From IMG/VR virus record IMGVR_UViG_3300028833_000006, positions 1 to 64,000 of that record: a stretch of 64,000 nucleotides of DNA; one strand, 5' to 3'. This document shows positions 1-8,661 of this stretch, piece by piece. The stretch is from a virus. Taxonomy: Duplodnaviria > Caudoviricetes. Every line of letters begins with the position of its first letter. Positions within the stretch are counted from its first letter, which is position 1. Made by a program: the position numbers and the translations under genes. The notes below the pieces were generated by a model that had not been told where the DNA came from, ran no database searches, and saw only the letters and a program-made list of their open reading frames with translations.

Positions 1-1680
1 TATACCGAGGAGGATGGCTTTCGCTTGACTTCTACGCTCCTTACCGTCTGCATACGTATCCTTTTCACCGTCTGCGATTTTATCATAATCGTCTTCTGTA
101 CCATAGTACCACTTATCACCTTTTTGCTTGATATATGAACCTTTAGGAAAGTGCTCTAAACATTCTTTGTACGGCTGTTTAAATGCTACTGATGCTATTT
201 CCGCATAGAAATCTTTACCTTGCCTAAAAGCCTCTATCATACCCTCATCACCACACATCTGCGCCATACCCTTAATTTCTTGCTGTGAATAATCGGCTGA
301 CAACAAAACGTATCCGTCAGTTGCCTTAAACATTTTACGAATGTCATGGTTTCTTGATGGTATATTCTGGAGATTTGGCTCTGATGAACTATACCTACCT
401 GTAGCAGCACCATACTGATTAAAACTACAGTGTATCCTACCATCATTAGGGTTGATACACTCTGGTAACTTATCAATGAATGTACTAACAAGTGTTGCAA
501 GTTTACGATATTCTAGTACTGCATCTGCCACTGGATGATTTAATTTCACCAAAGCATCTTCGCTAGTACTACGAGTATTCTTTTTCGTCTTCTTATCATA
601 GTACAATGGCAATCCTAAGATGTCATAGAAAAGAATTGCTAATTGTGTTGTACTTGCAATATTTATTGGATTTTCAAGTTTACACCCATCACCAACAGAT
701 AATCTGTACTCACTTATAACGTCCGTATATGCGACACAACTGTCATAAAATCCTTGTATCTTCTCATTAAGCAATGCATGGTACTTAATTTTCAACTGCT
801 CGTTATAATCTAAATCTATCTCTATACCTGCATCCTCTAAATCACAAGTCGCTTGAACACAAGGCATTTCTATATTATGGAACACCCACGCAATATTTCG
901 CATATCCTCACGTTCATGGTCAAGCCGTAAGTGCTGTCTCTGATAGTCACACAACTCTGTTGTTATAACTGGGTCATTAGCCGCATATAAATATCCAACT
1001 TGTATTGGTATCATTGAAAATGGAATACCTTTAAACAAATCATCAAATCTGAACGCACTACCCTTACCGCCCAAGCAGTACTTGTTGTGTAATGCCTTCA
1101 AATTCGCCTCTAATTCATTCTCATTCAATATCTTACTTGCAAGAAAACCATCCCATGTACAATAAATACCACTCAATCCATTCGCCCTCATAACACGAAT
1201 ATCAAATGATGCATTGAACATGTCTATGTCTGGTTTCTTATCAAGTAACCTTTTAAATTCTGACATCACAAACTCCATAGATAACTGACCATCTACTTTT
1301 TCGTTTGTGATATAACTTACATGATTAAGAGGGATATAAGAACCTTTTTGCCCATATGTATAAGGACAAATACCGACAAGTGTATCAAGTAATGGGTCAA
1401 GTCCAGTTGTCTCTGTATCAATACTAATATAACTGTTGCCTATACATTCTGTAATGAAATCATGCAATAACTCTTCTTGTTGAATTATTTGATACTTATC
1501 CTTATACTGACCTAAATTAGTATCAACCATTGTCTTTATCTGATTTATTCTACCGACAATCCCCCCACCACCTTTTATAGTGGTGGAGGTTTTTGCTACT
1601 TTCGCCTTTGATTTTTTCGCTAATACTAAATCAGATTGCTTATCATTTCTGACAGGTATGTCAAATAATCTATTTGCCAT
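1..1680 (-). CDS. polA: DNA polymerase family A (3'-5' exonuclease plus polymerase), C-terminus beyond the left edge
   Basis: Manual translation from ATG at 1680 (absent from the ORF track because there is no stop in the window): ExoI IDTETTGLD, FNASFD, YAAND, TGRYSSSEPNLQNIP, motif A SADYSQQE, motif B RSQAKAILLG. Confidence 0.95.
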   Translation of the reverse strand, partial: MANRLFDIPVRNDKQSDLVLAKKSKAKVAKTSTTIKGGGGIVGRINQIKTMVDTNLGQYKDKYQIIQQEELLHDFITECIGNSYISIDTETTGLDPLLDTLVGICPYTYGQKGSYIPLNHVSYITNEKVDGQLSMEFVMSEFKRLLDKKPDIDMFNASFDIRVMRANGLSGIYCTWDGFLASKILNENELEANLKALHNKYCLGGKGSAFRFDDLFKGIPFSMIPIQVGYLYAANDPVITTELCDYQRQHLRLDHEREDMRNIAWVFHNIEMPCVQATCDLEDAGIEIDLDYNEQLKIKYHALLNEKIQGFYDSCVAYTDVISEYRLSVGDGCKLENPINIASTTQLAILFYDILGLPLYYDKKTKKNTRSTSEDALVKLNHPVADAVLEYRKLATLVSTFIDKLPECINPNDGRIHCSFNQYGAATGRYSSSEPNLQNIPSRNHDIRKMFKATDGYVLLSADYSQQEIKGMAQMCGDEGMIEAFRQGKDFYAEIASVAFKQPYKECLEHFPKGSYIKQKGDKWYYGTEDDYDKIADGEKDTYADGKERRSQAKAILLGI

Positions 1681-1690
1681 GAATTACCCC

Positions 1691-2344
1691 TTAGAATGCT
1701 TCGCCTCTCTCTGTTGACGGTGTACGTCTAGTAGGTGCTTCGTCACTTGCTGAACTTCTACGTCTAGGTGGCTCTTCATCTGTACCGTCATTAGGGAAAT
1801 TACCAGTACGCAAATATGTCTGCATCTCATCTGCGGTCTTATCTAAAACTATAGTACCCAATGCATTCGGTATCTCAAAATCTTCGATTTTTGTATCATC
1901 ATCTGCGGTCTCGTATATCTCATAAGTAGTCTGAGTATCACCAGCCTTACCATTACGCTCTATCTCAAATATATGAGATACTAAGTGCGGATATCTTGAG
2001 CACATAGATGATAACTTAGCACCAAATTTTCTACCACGCTCCCAAGTCTCAATTCTATCCTTGTCAATGTTGAACAACGGTATGAAATACTTGGCTTGTA
2101 CTGGGTATGATTTTGCGCACAACGGACATGAATCTATAGGCTGTCCATATTCACGTAAACAATTCACATACCGTTTCTTACCGTCACCAACATCTACTTG
2201 GTGCACTGCAAGCCCCTCAACATCATCAATAGAATCATACAAAAATCTCACTCTAGCAGTATCTCTATCATTCTTCAATGAAAAGAAACCACCGCCACCC
2301 TGACCACCATAATTATCAGCGTCAGATAATCCAAATCTTGCCAT
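1691..2344 (-). CDS. Single-stranded DNA-binding protein (gp32-like, Zn-binding)
   Basis: FFSLKND..RVRFL, H...C..CPLC, acidic/charged C-terminal tail ending in F; adjacent to the polymerase. Confidence 0.7.
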   Translation of the reverse strand: MARFGLSDADNYGGQGGGGFFSLKNDRDTARVRFLYDSIDDVEGLAVHQVDVGDGKKRYVNCLREYGQPIDSCPLCAKSYPVQAKYFIPLFNIDKDRIETWERGRKFGAKLSSMCSRYPHLVSHIFEIERNGKAGDTQTTYEIYETADDDTKIEDFEIPNALGTIVLDKTADEMQTYLRTGNFPNDGTDEEPPRRRSSASDEAPTRRTPSTERGEAF

Positions 2345-2482
2345 AATCTTTCCTCCTTATAACTTGTTATGACTTTCAATAGTTTCTATTTGCAATAAAA
2401 AGAGTGATATTCACATACCACTCTTATAATGCCATTATTAATTGAGTAGTTACGTGTTTTGAGTTCTTCAAGTTTTTTATTT

Positions 2483-2511
2483 AGTATATCACAGTACATA
2501 ATGTTTTGCAA
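2483..2511 (-). promoter_or_regulatory. sigmaA-type promoter for ssb-pol
   Basis: TTGCAA-17 nt-TATACT with extended -10 TG. Confidence 0.6.
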
Positions 2512-2519
2512 TAATAAAT

Positions 2520-2745
2520 TTATTCGTTTTTATACAACTTTATCTCCAACCCAAGTGCTTTAACCATCTTCTCAATGTTATCAATTGTCGGATTACTTTC
2601 ACCACTAATTGCACGAGAAACAATAGCCTTATCAACAACAGATTTCCTTTGCCGTTCTTCTGAAATAACGATTACCATTTTTCCAAAAGTACACAGTACC
2701 CGAAAATACATCACCCTCACTATATATGCTAAAACTATTTTTCAT
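2520..2745 (-). pseudogene. Chimeric remnant: 37-aa ORF (2632-2745) overlapping an out-of-frame XRE/Cro HTH C-terminal half
   Basis: The RBS-backed ATG at 2745 stops at 2632; another frame carries VDKAIVSRAISGESNPTIDNIEKMVKALG, typical of XRE helices 3-5 but lacking helices 1-2. Confidence 0.5.
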
Positions 2746-3076
2746 TCTGTTCCCCCAAAATCAATGGGATGTTGGATTTATATTCAACTCTAATATCATT
2801 TTCCATTTTCAACTTAAACATTTGATATAAGGCATTTGATAAACCTTGCACAAAAGTTTCATCCCCTGCCAATTCTGAATATCCTATATTCATCAATATT
2901 CCATGCACTATTTCGTGAAATAATACTGCTTGCTTTAATTCCTTGGGTAAACTCTCTTTCAAAAGTATCTTTGCTTGTGAATAAAGTATCTTACCCTGTG
3001 TTATTCCGTCCAATTCTTCGTCTATTACTGGTACTTCTTCAATAGTATAAGGTATTCCACATATATTTACATTCAT
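2735..3076 (-). CDS. HEXXH zinc-metallopeptidase-like protein (ImmA/IrrE-like)
   Basis: LFHEIVHGIL motif plus downstream E; paralog of 4304-4672. Confidence 0.6.
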   Translation of the reverse strand: MNVNICGIPYTIEEVPVIDEELDGITQGKILYSQAKILLKESLPKELKQAVLFHEIVHGILMNIGYSELAGDETFVQGLSNALYQMFKLKMENDIRVEYKSNIPLILGEQNEK

Positions 3077-3237
3077 ACATTATCCTCACTTTCCTGTGGT
3101 GTATCTTCTTTCCCATAATTACCACATAGATGTGATTTTTCCGTATAAGCATCTGGACAATATACACTAGGATTTCTCTGCCCTATACAATACTCTTCGT
3201 ATGTTTTAGGTGAATATTCACATTCTTTACAACTCAT
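3073..3237 (-). CDS. 54-aa Cys-rich cassette protein
   Basis: Manual: MSCKECEY...PQESEDNV; ATGA coupling at both ends. Confidence 0.6.
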   Translation of the reverse strand: MSCKECEYSPKTYEEYCIGQRNPSVYCPDAYTEKSHLCGNYGKEDTPQESEDNV

Positions 3238-3473
3238 TCCTTATCCTCACTTTCTGCCTTATATGGTGCGTTCCACCAAGATTTTTCTATCGCATAACCA
3301 ACAACTCCGTCCAATGTAAATTCCATAAAATTTGTGGGTGTGTTTTCACTTCTCGTTTTACAAGATGGAAATAATGCCTTAATCACATCACCATTCGTAG
3401 CATTATTTTTCACTCTAATAGTTATTTCATCGTGTCGTCCAAATACAAATAAATCTTTATCGTAATCTAGCAT
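3234..3473 (-). CDS. Hypothetical cassette protein
   Basis: ORF with TNGDVIKALFP and WWNAPYKAESEDKE. Confidence 0.7.
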   Translation of the reverse strand: MLDYDKDLFVFGRHDEITIRVKNNATNGDVIKALFPSCKTRSENTPTNFMEFTLDGVVGYAIEKSWWNAPYKAESEDKE

Positions 3474-3685
3474 TCCTTATCCTCACTTTCCATAATCTCG
3501 TTTAGGTCATACAGACTATTTACTTCAATGGCTAACTGATATTCGTTTTCTGCCATTAGTGCCATTCTTAACCATTTCTCACGCTTTCGGTCTGTCAGAT
3601 AACCCAACACTAACGCTTGATTCCCTTCTTCAAGTACAATGCAAGGTCTTTTCCTGTCGGGAAAATGTCTTATAGCAATTAACAT
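3467..3685 (-). CDS. Hypothetical cassette protein
   Basis: Coupled ORF ending ESEDKEC. Confidence 0.65.
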   Translation of the reverse strand: MLIAIRHFPDRKRPCIVLEEGNQALVLGYLTDRKREKWLRMALMAENEYQLAIEVNSLYDLNEIMESEDKEC

Positions 3686-3870
3686 TCCTGCTCCTTTCTG
3701 TACTTGTCGATAATCTCTAACGCTTTAGCAAGTCCATTAGTGTAATCTCGGAACATATACATTTTTTGTATTTCTGTGTTTATCTCAGCTTTTATCTTGT
3801 CAAGCAATTCATCCCGTTCCTCCAAAGCTTTAAATGCTCTATCTATATCTTTTAATGTTTGGTCAGTCAT
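3679..3870 (-). CDS. Hypothetical cassette protein
   Basis: Coupled helical ORF (ALEIIDKY). Confidence 0.65.
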   Translation of the reverse strand: MTDQTLKDIDRAFKALEERDELLDKIKAEINTEIQKMYMFRDYTNGLAKALEIIDKYRKEQEC

Positions 3871-4163
3871 TCCTTATTCCTCTCCATTTCATACATGGTT
3901 TCTTTAATAGTCTTAAATCCTGCTTTCTCATAAATGTGTATTGCTTTGTCATTATCAGACCGTACCCACAATTTCTTTATTCCATAGGTATCAATCAAAT
4001 CAGATAACACTTGCTGACCATAACCCTTATTCTGATATGGCTCAAATATTACAAATCTTTCAAGCATTTTCTCATTAGGTTCAATCTCTGCTGTACCTAT
4101 AAGCGTTCCGTCTGATAATTTAATATCAATCTCAATGAAGTGCTCTGTTTCTTCAAATATCAT
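3867..4163 (-). CDS. GNAT family acetyltransferase
   Basis: Acetyl-CoA motif YQNKGYG and NDKAIHIYEKAGF. Confidence 0.85.
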   Translation of the reverse strand: MIFEETEHFIEIDIKLSDGTLIGTAEIEPNEKMLERFVIFEPYQNKGYGQQVLSDLIDTYGIKKLWVRSDNDKAIHIYEKAGFKTIKETMYEMERNKE

Positions 4164-4184
4164 TCTTCTACCTCACTCTCTGCC

Positions 4185-4307
4185 TTATCCAATTATGCTT
4201 AATAACTTACTTGTGTTAATAAGCGTAAGTATCTGCACTATAAGACCTATCATTTGTGTTATAACCATGACTATCACACATATATGCGAAATATTTTCTA
4301 ATTTCAT
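4185..4307 (-). CDS. 40-aa hydrophobic peptide
   Basis: Manual ORF coupled by ATGA to the upstream gene; single TM-like stretch. Confidence 0.45.
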   Translation of the reverse strand: MKLENISHICVIVMVITQMIGLIVQILTLINTSKLLSIIG

Positions 4308-4672
4308 ACTTCCTCACTTTCCTGTGGCTCAACCATCTTTGCTCCACAATTTTCGCCTATTTGTTGTAAAACTTTATTTATCTTAGGCAACTGAATTGCA
4401 ATCCAATCAACCAATTCCTCGTTTTCAGCATACTCTGAGTTTCCTCTCAGTCCACTTTCAGCAAAGAATGCGTGTATTATTTCATGTCGCAAAACCCTCT
4501 TTTTAAATTCCTGAAAATTCTCATATGACAGTTCATCTTCTTGTATATCAGCATTTAGTATAATTCTATGGGAATAAATCTCACACAATCCATTACTATT
4601 TTTTAATTTGGGATTCTGTTCTTCAGTTTGTTCTATTATTTCGTACTCTGTTCCTAATATGTTTACTTTCAT
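4304..4672 (-). CDS. HEXXH metallopeptidase-like protein with a captured Zn-ribbon tail
   Basis: VLRHEIIHAFF..EELVDW; ends NCGAKMVEPQESEEV. Confidence 0.65.
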   Translation of the reverse strand: MKVNILGTEYEIIEQTEEQNPKLKNSNGLCEIYSHRIILNADIQEDELSYENFQEFKKRVLRHEIIHAFFAESGLRGNSEYAENEELVDWIAIQLPKINKVLQQIGENCGAKMVEPQESEEV

Positions 4673-5264
4673 TGTTTAATCCTTTCCCACAAGTAGGGCA
4701 AAACTTGAATCGTTCTGTTTGATTCGCCTCATAATGCCAAATATCACTACAATTTGGACATTCCATATACGTTCTTTCTTCAATCCAACGCCCCGTCTTT
4801 GGCTCTTGTTCTGTGCAACTTTCAAATTGCGGTTCTTCTCCGTCAATTAGCGATTTAGAATACCTTAAACCATTTCTAAAGCCGACAAAGTAGTTAGTAT
4901 CTCCGTTACTTGCGTCAATAGCAAAATCAAGAGTATCGACTATCTTTGGCTCTTGCGGAGTGACAGGTGGTAACTGTCTTATATCTGACATTCTTACAGC
5001 ATATACTGTATCTCCGTTTACATCTGTCATTAATTCTTTGCACTCTTCCAAATCTTCACGGCTGATAGCATTACCGCAAGGCTGTTGCTTTTTCCTCAAT
5101 CTTCTCATAATCTCTGCCATAAAAGTTATACTGAATGCAGTCTTACCCTCTATAACTTTTAAACCTACCGATTCAGCACACTCTTTTATGTATAGCATGG
5201 CCTTTTCATTTTCATTAAGTTCATCATTCTGTGTTAGTGTTCCATATATAGTTCTTCTTGTCAT
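4623..5264 (-). CDS. Mosaic protein with C-terminal zinc ribbon
   Basis: Modules separated by QEPK; CPNC..CPTCG. Confidence 0.65.
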   Translation of the reverse strand: MTRRTIYGTLTQNDELNENEKAMLYIKECAESVGLKVIEGKTAFSITFMAEIMRRLRKKQQPCGNAISREDLEECKELMTDVNGDTVYAVRMSDIRQLPPVTPQEPKIVDTLDFAIDASNGDTNYFVGFRNGLRYSKSLIDGEEPQFESCTEQEPKTGRWIEERTYMECPNCSDIWHYEANQTERFKFCPTCGKGLNNESKHIRNRVRNNRTN

Positions 5265-5266
5265 GT

Positions 5267-5773
5267 TTATTCTTCACTTTCATCCTTATTCTTGTATACA
5301 TACTCAGGTTTATCAGGAACCACGTAAGGAAAAGTCACATTTACTCTAGAATCTCTACTCGTATACCACACTTCTCCATCATCAGTAAATACCTTTCCTT
5401 CAACATTGTATGCGATACCATCTTTGTCTTTAAACACGGCAGAATATCTTTTATTTTGTTGAAGACCGTCTCCAATATCATTCCACTCATCATCTTCACC
5501 TGTCAGCGGTGAAATGGGCTTAAACATAGCAAGTCTGTAAAACATGTTCACAACATATGGAGCTGTAAATCCGCTATGACCCTGAGAAGCAAATAACTCA
5601 ATCAAATCCAAGATAGCCTTTGTTGCCCAATCGTTATATGGTTCTCCAGAATCAATCATTCCAATCCTTTTAAGTTCATCTTTTGCATAATCAGTTAAAT
5701 TACTCATCTTTAGCCTCTCTTTCAACTTTTTTAATTTCTCTATATCTTCTTTCGTTTCGTACCTCAATAACAA
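5267..5773 (-). CDS. Conserved-type phage hypothetical protein (start may be 5707)
   Basis: ORF with SQGHSGFTA and PLTGEDDEW; ends DESEE. Confidence 0.7.
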   Translation of the reverse strand: MLLRYETKEDIEKLKKLKERLKMSNLTDYAKDELKRIGMIDSGEPYNDWATKAILDLIELFASQGHSGFTAPYVVNMFYRLAMFKPISPLTGEDDEWNDIGDGLQQNKRYSAVFKDKDGIAYNVEGKVFTDDGEVWYTSRDSRVNVTFPYVVPDKPEYVYKNKDESEE

Positions 5774-5779
5774 GATACT

Positions 5780-6025
5780 TTACCCTTTTATCTTTGCCTT
5801 ATTTCTTAAATATTCCATAGCATCATAATAACCTTTTCTATATGCCTTTTCTAATATAGCGGATTGTGCTGTAGCCGTTAGCCATTTTTCTGTAACATCT
5901 TCGCCATACAATGTATAGTTAATAGCATGAAGGTATGCTGTTGCTATTACCATAGGTGGCATCTTTGATAATTCTTCTATTAACCGTTTGTTTTCATATT
6001 CCTGTATTTGCTTTTCTTTGTTCAT
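5780..6025 (-). CDS. Hypothetical protein
   Basis: Coupled ORF. Confidence 0.6.
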   Translation of the reverse strand: MNKEKQIQEYENKRLIEELSKMPPMVIATAYLHAINYTLYGEDVTEKWLTATAQSAILEKAYRKGYYDAMEYLRNKAKIKG

Positions 6026-6321
6026 TGCTCCTCACTTTCCAGTGTCTTATACAATTTATCAAAATCTTCTTTCCACATTATCTCTGCCATAAGTTCTTGT
6101 TCCCCACACAACATCACTTGCAAAACTACAATCGGTTTGTATTCACTATCACGATAATCCCTCTTTTGTAATCTCGGATTTTTATCAAGAATAGTATCTG
6201 CCATTTGAGATTTCATATGAAATCGCAATATAAAGGAATCCTTGTAATTCTTTACTATTGTTCCACTAACAGCATTTATTTTAACTGTCTGTGGATTCGA
6301 TACATTATAACTATTAAACAT
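6022..6321 (-). CDS. Hypothetical cassette protein
   Basis: ORF ending ESEEQ. Confidence 0.65.
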   Translation of the reverse strand: MFNSYNVSNPQTVKINAVSGTIVKNYKDSFILRFHMKSQMADTILDKNPRLQKRDYRDSEYKPIVVLQVMLCGEQELMAEIMWKEDFDKLYKTLESEEQ

Positions 6322-6323
6322 CC

Positions 6324-6563
6324 CTATTTCTCACTTTCTGCCAAAATATCCTTAATAACATCTAACTTATTTGCATCTGCAAACTTCTTTATAAGCCGTA
6401 ACTCGGAATTAAGTTTATCTGATTTATCTTGCAAAGTGCCTAATCTTGCTATCAGTATATAATGCAAAATATCATATACTTCCGCCACTAAATTATTCTC
6501 TACGGCTAACTTAACTATCTGTTCTTTAGTCATCCTCACTCCATCAAAATTTATATTTGCCAT
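6324..6563 (-). CDS. Hypothetical cassette protein
   Basis: ORF ending AESEK. Confidence 0.65.
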   Translation of the reverse strand: MANINFDGVRMTKEQIVKLAVENNLVAEVYDILHYILIARLGTLQDKSDKLNSELRLIKKFADANKLDVIKDILAESEK

Positions 6564-6905
6564 TTATTCCTCACTCTCTGCCTTATCTGCTTCTATGATT
6601 GTGGGTGTAATAAAATATTCTTGAATATACCTCGAAAGCACCTCTGGGTTATATGTACCAAAGCCTATAATATGTTCTCCATCTTTTTCGTATTTGATTG
6701 AAAAATATGGTTTACCCTTATATTCAGGATATGTACATAAATCAGCAGGTGGATATTCAACCGCTATTCCCTCAAACTTTATTGTATGTCCTTTAGGAAG
6801 TGGTGTGCCAGTTCTTACTATTTCTTTCAGCGAAAGGCTATCAATATAGTCCAAGCGATTATATCTTTCTTCGGGTATCTTAATTACTAATTCTATATCT
6901 GCCAT
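6564..6905 (-). CDS. MADIELVIKIP-family mosaic protein
   Basis: Same N-terminus as 59097-59432; ends TIIEADKAESEE. Confidence 0.7.
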   Translation of the reverse strand: MADIELVIKIPEERYNRLDYIDSLSLKEIVRTGTPLPKGHTIKFEGIAVEYPPADLCTYPEYKGKPYFSIKYEKDGEHIIGFGTYNPEVLSRYIQEYFITPTIIEADKAESEE

Positions 6906-6906
6906 A

Positions 6907-7077
6907 TTATTTCTCACTTTCCTTAATAAATAACCACCTAAAATGCCAAATAAAAATATTTAGTATTAAGGCTATGTTTTTCTCTCTATACATAGGATTA
7001 TCTATGTGTATCTCAATCGTCGGAATAAATGTTATCCATTTACTAAAAGTCTGTAATTGAAAATCGTGTAGTGTCAT
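6907..7077 (-). CDS. 56-aa hydrophobic cassette protein
   Basis: Manual ORF MTLHDFQ...WLFIKESEK with junction motifs on both sides. Confidence 0.6.
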   Translation of the reverse strand: MTLHDFQLQTFSKWITFIPTIEIHIDNPMYREKNIALILNIFIWHFRWLFIKESEK

Positions 7078-7256
7078 GTTTCCTCACTTTCTCCTCTACG
7101 TATAGTCAACCACTGATTAAGGCTTATTCGACATTCAGTACATATATCCCATATCCTTCCATGACTTGAAATACAAAAATTCATATCCTCAATAGTGTCC
7201 GTATACTTTGCAGTTGCCATTTCCTTACCACAAATATCACATACTGTCTTTGTCAT
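7074..7256 (-). CDS. Small zinc-finger protein
   Basis: CDICG...DICTEC; ends GESEET. Confidence 0.7.
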   Translation of the reverse strand: MTKTVCDICGKEMATAKYTDTIEDMNFCISSHGRIWDICTECRISLNQWLTIRRGESEET

Positions 7257-7651
7257 ATTTCCTCACTTTCTGCCTTTAATTCATCACACCATGCTAAAAA
7301 CGCTCTTTTTAACGGATTCAAGTTTCCATCATCTGCCCATCCTGCAAATCCAATAAATCCATCTATATTAAACGAAATAGCTTCTCTTCTTGTGAAATAG
7401 TGCGAGTTGAGATATAGATAACACGTCTTAATTGTTCCGTTCGTATTCTTCGTCATATCAATCTTCTTGCTTAAAGACATTGTATTTACAGATGTTTCGC
7501 CAACCTTGTTTGACTTCTTTAACTCCCTATTAATCATCAATACAAGTGACAGGATATCTCCTTCGGTAATATTGTTATATGTCAAACCGCACTTTTTAAA
7601 GTAATCCCGTGCTTCGTCATTGGTACATACTGGTTCAAAACCTCTTGTCAT
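7253..7651 (-). CDS. Hypothetical cassette protein
   Basis: ORF with REAISFN.DGFIGFAGWAD; ends AESEEI. Confidence 0.7.
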   Translation of the reverse strand: MTRGFEPVCTNDEARDYFKKCGLTYNNITEGDILSLVLMINRELKKSNKVGETSVNTMSLSKKIDMTKNTNGTIKTCYLYLNSHYFTRREAISFNIDGFIGFAGWADDGNLNPLKRAFLAWCDELKAESEEI

Positions 7652-7670
7652 TTCACTCCCTCTCTTCCTG

Positions 7671-8078
7671 TTACTCAATCATCTTTGCACCACAACTTGG
7701 GCAATATATTGAAGTACATGAATGTACTATAAGACACTTTGAACACTTAAAGCCATGCAATCCTTTTATCCAATACCCTGTCTTTGGCTCTTCCTCTAGT
7801 GCCTTGATTGCCATTCTTACTGTTTCTGCCCACTCATAGGATGTGTCAGTATGCCCATCCATTTTACTTTTTAACATATTGATTGCTTCTTGATTAGTCA
7901 TTGTTCTCTCCCTTCCTAAAGTATTCTCCGATAAGCAAACATATAACCCTGTCTTTGGCTCTTGCTTTAGTGCCTTGATTGCCATATTCAAGGCTTCGTA
8001 TTGTTCATCGTCAAAATAATCTAATGACATATCATCTATTCCGTCTTTGATTATTCTACTTGCTTCTTCTCTTGTCAT
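7671..8078 (-). CDS. Tandem-module protein with C-terminal zinc ribbon
   Basis: Two MTxxEA...MAIKAL..EPKTG units, then CSKC..CPSCGAKM. Confidence 0.7.
   Translation of the reverse strand: MTREEASRIIKDGIDDMSLDYFDDEQYEALNMAIKALKQEPKTGLYVCLSENTLGRERTMTNQEAINMLKSKMDGHTDTSYEWAETVRMAIKALEEEPKTGYWIKGLHGFKCSKCLIVHSCTSIYCPSCGAKMIE
7775..7985. repeat. 40-bp direct repeat (7775-7814 and 7946-7985, 38/40 identical)
   Basis: accctgtctttggctctt(c/g)ct(c/t)tagtgccttgattgccat; the core tctttggctctt recurs at about 4796 and 4943. Confidence 0.9.
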
Positions 8079-8314
8079 ACTTCCTCTCCTTCTTGTGGCT
8101 TAACCTCATCCCAACTAATAAAATCTCCGTGAAAGCCTTTTAATTTATCTGTTTCGTTTTCTGAACAGAATATATATTTCACACCCATCTTACTTGTTAA
8201 TGACATAGGTTTTCTACAAACATTAACCCACATATCAGAATAAGCATCTGCAAGTCTATGCCATTCGTAAAACGCATATCTCAATGTCGGGCATAAAACT
8301 ATTTTGGTTTTCAT
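8075..8314 (-). CDS. Hypothetical cassette protein
   Basis: ORF ending PQEGEEV. Confidence 0.6.
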   Translation of the reverse strand: MKTKIVLCPTLRYAFYEWHRLADAYSDMWVNVCRKPMSLTSKMGVKYIFCSENETDKLKGFHGDFISWDEVKPQEGEEV

Positions 8315-8583
8315 ACTCCTTTACCTCTTACAAATTCCTCATTCATTATTCTTGTTATCTCTTTATTCCAATTCACTCGGGCATTCATTTCACTTATACC
8401 TTCAACTCTTTTGCCACACCACATACACTCTAATATGACTATCCTTTTTGACGAAACATATTTATATACTCGCTTCCTTTTGTTACAACCGCAAACACAA
8501 GGTAACAACATTGTCTTTGGTGCTTTCTTGACAAGTCTATACCCCTGTCTATCTGCTTCTTTCATCAATTCTTTTAAGGTCAT
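8311..8583 (-). CDS. Lar-like (restriction alleviation) zinc-ribbon protein
   Basis: LLPCVCG...ECMWCG...NARVNWN pattern resembling the Lar family. Confidence 0.45.
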   Translation of the reverse strand: MTLKELMKEADRQGYRLVKKAPKTMLLPCVCGCNKRKRVYKYVSSKRIVILECMWCGKRVEGISEMNARVNWNKEITRIMNEEFVRGKGV

Positions 8584-8661
8584 TTACACATCTCCTCTAT
8601 TGCTATGAACATAAATACCATTGACACTAATGTCATAATTACAAATCCAACTGTCACCTTA

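Larger units (their letters stand above)
3081..8100 (-). repeat. Recurrent gene-junction motif (G)CAGAAAGTGAGG(A/ATAAGG)..ATG, about 12 copies
   Basis: Copies near 3083, 3244, 3480, 4171, 4311, 5272, 6029, 6329, 6569, 6912, 7081, 7260, degenerate copy at 8081; encodes ESE(D/E/K) C-termini and the next gene's RBS. Confidence 0.9.

Noticed and set aside
237-500. 87-aa minus-strand ORF
   Set aside because: Alternative frame inside the DNA polymerase gene.
1565-1590. ccaccac/gtggtgg hairpin in the polymerase gene
   Set aside because: Explained by Thr/Gly codon runs in a linker; no other support.
3081-8100. Junction repeats as a CRISPR array or integron attC sites
   Set aside because: The repeats are short and non-palindromic, the intervals are whole genes of variable length, and no cas or integrase gene is in the window.
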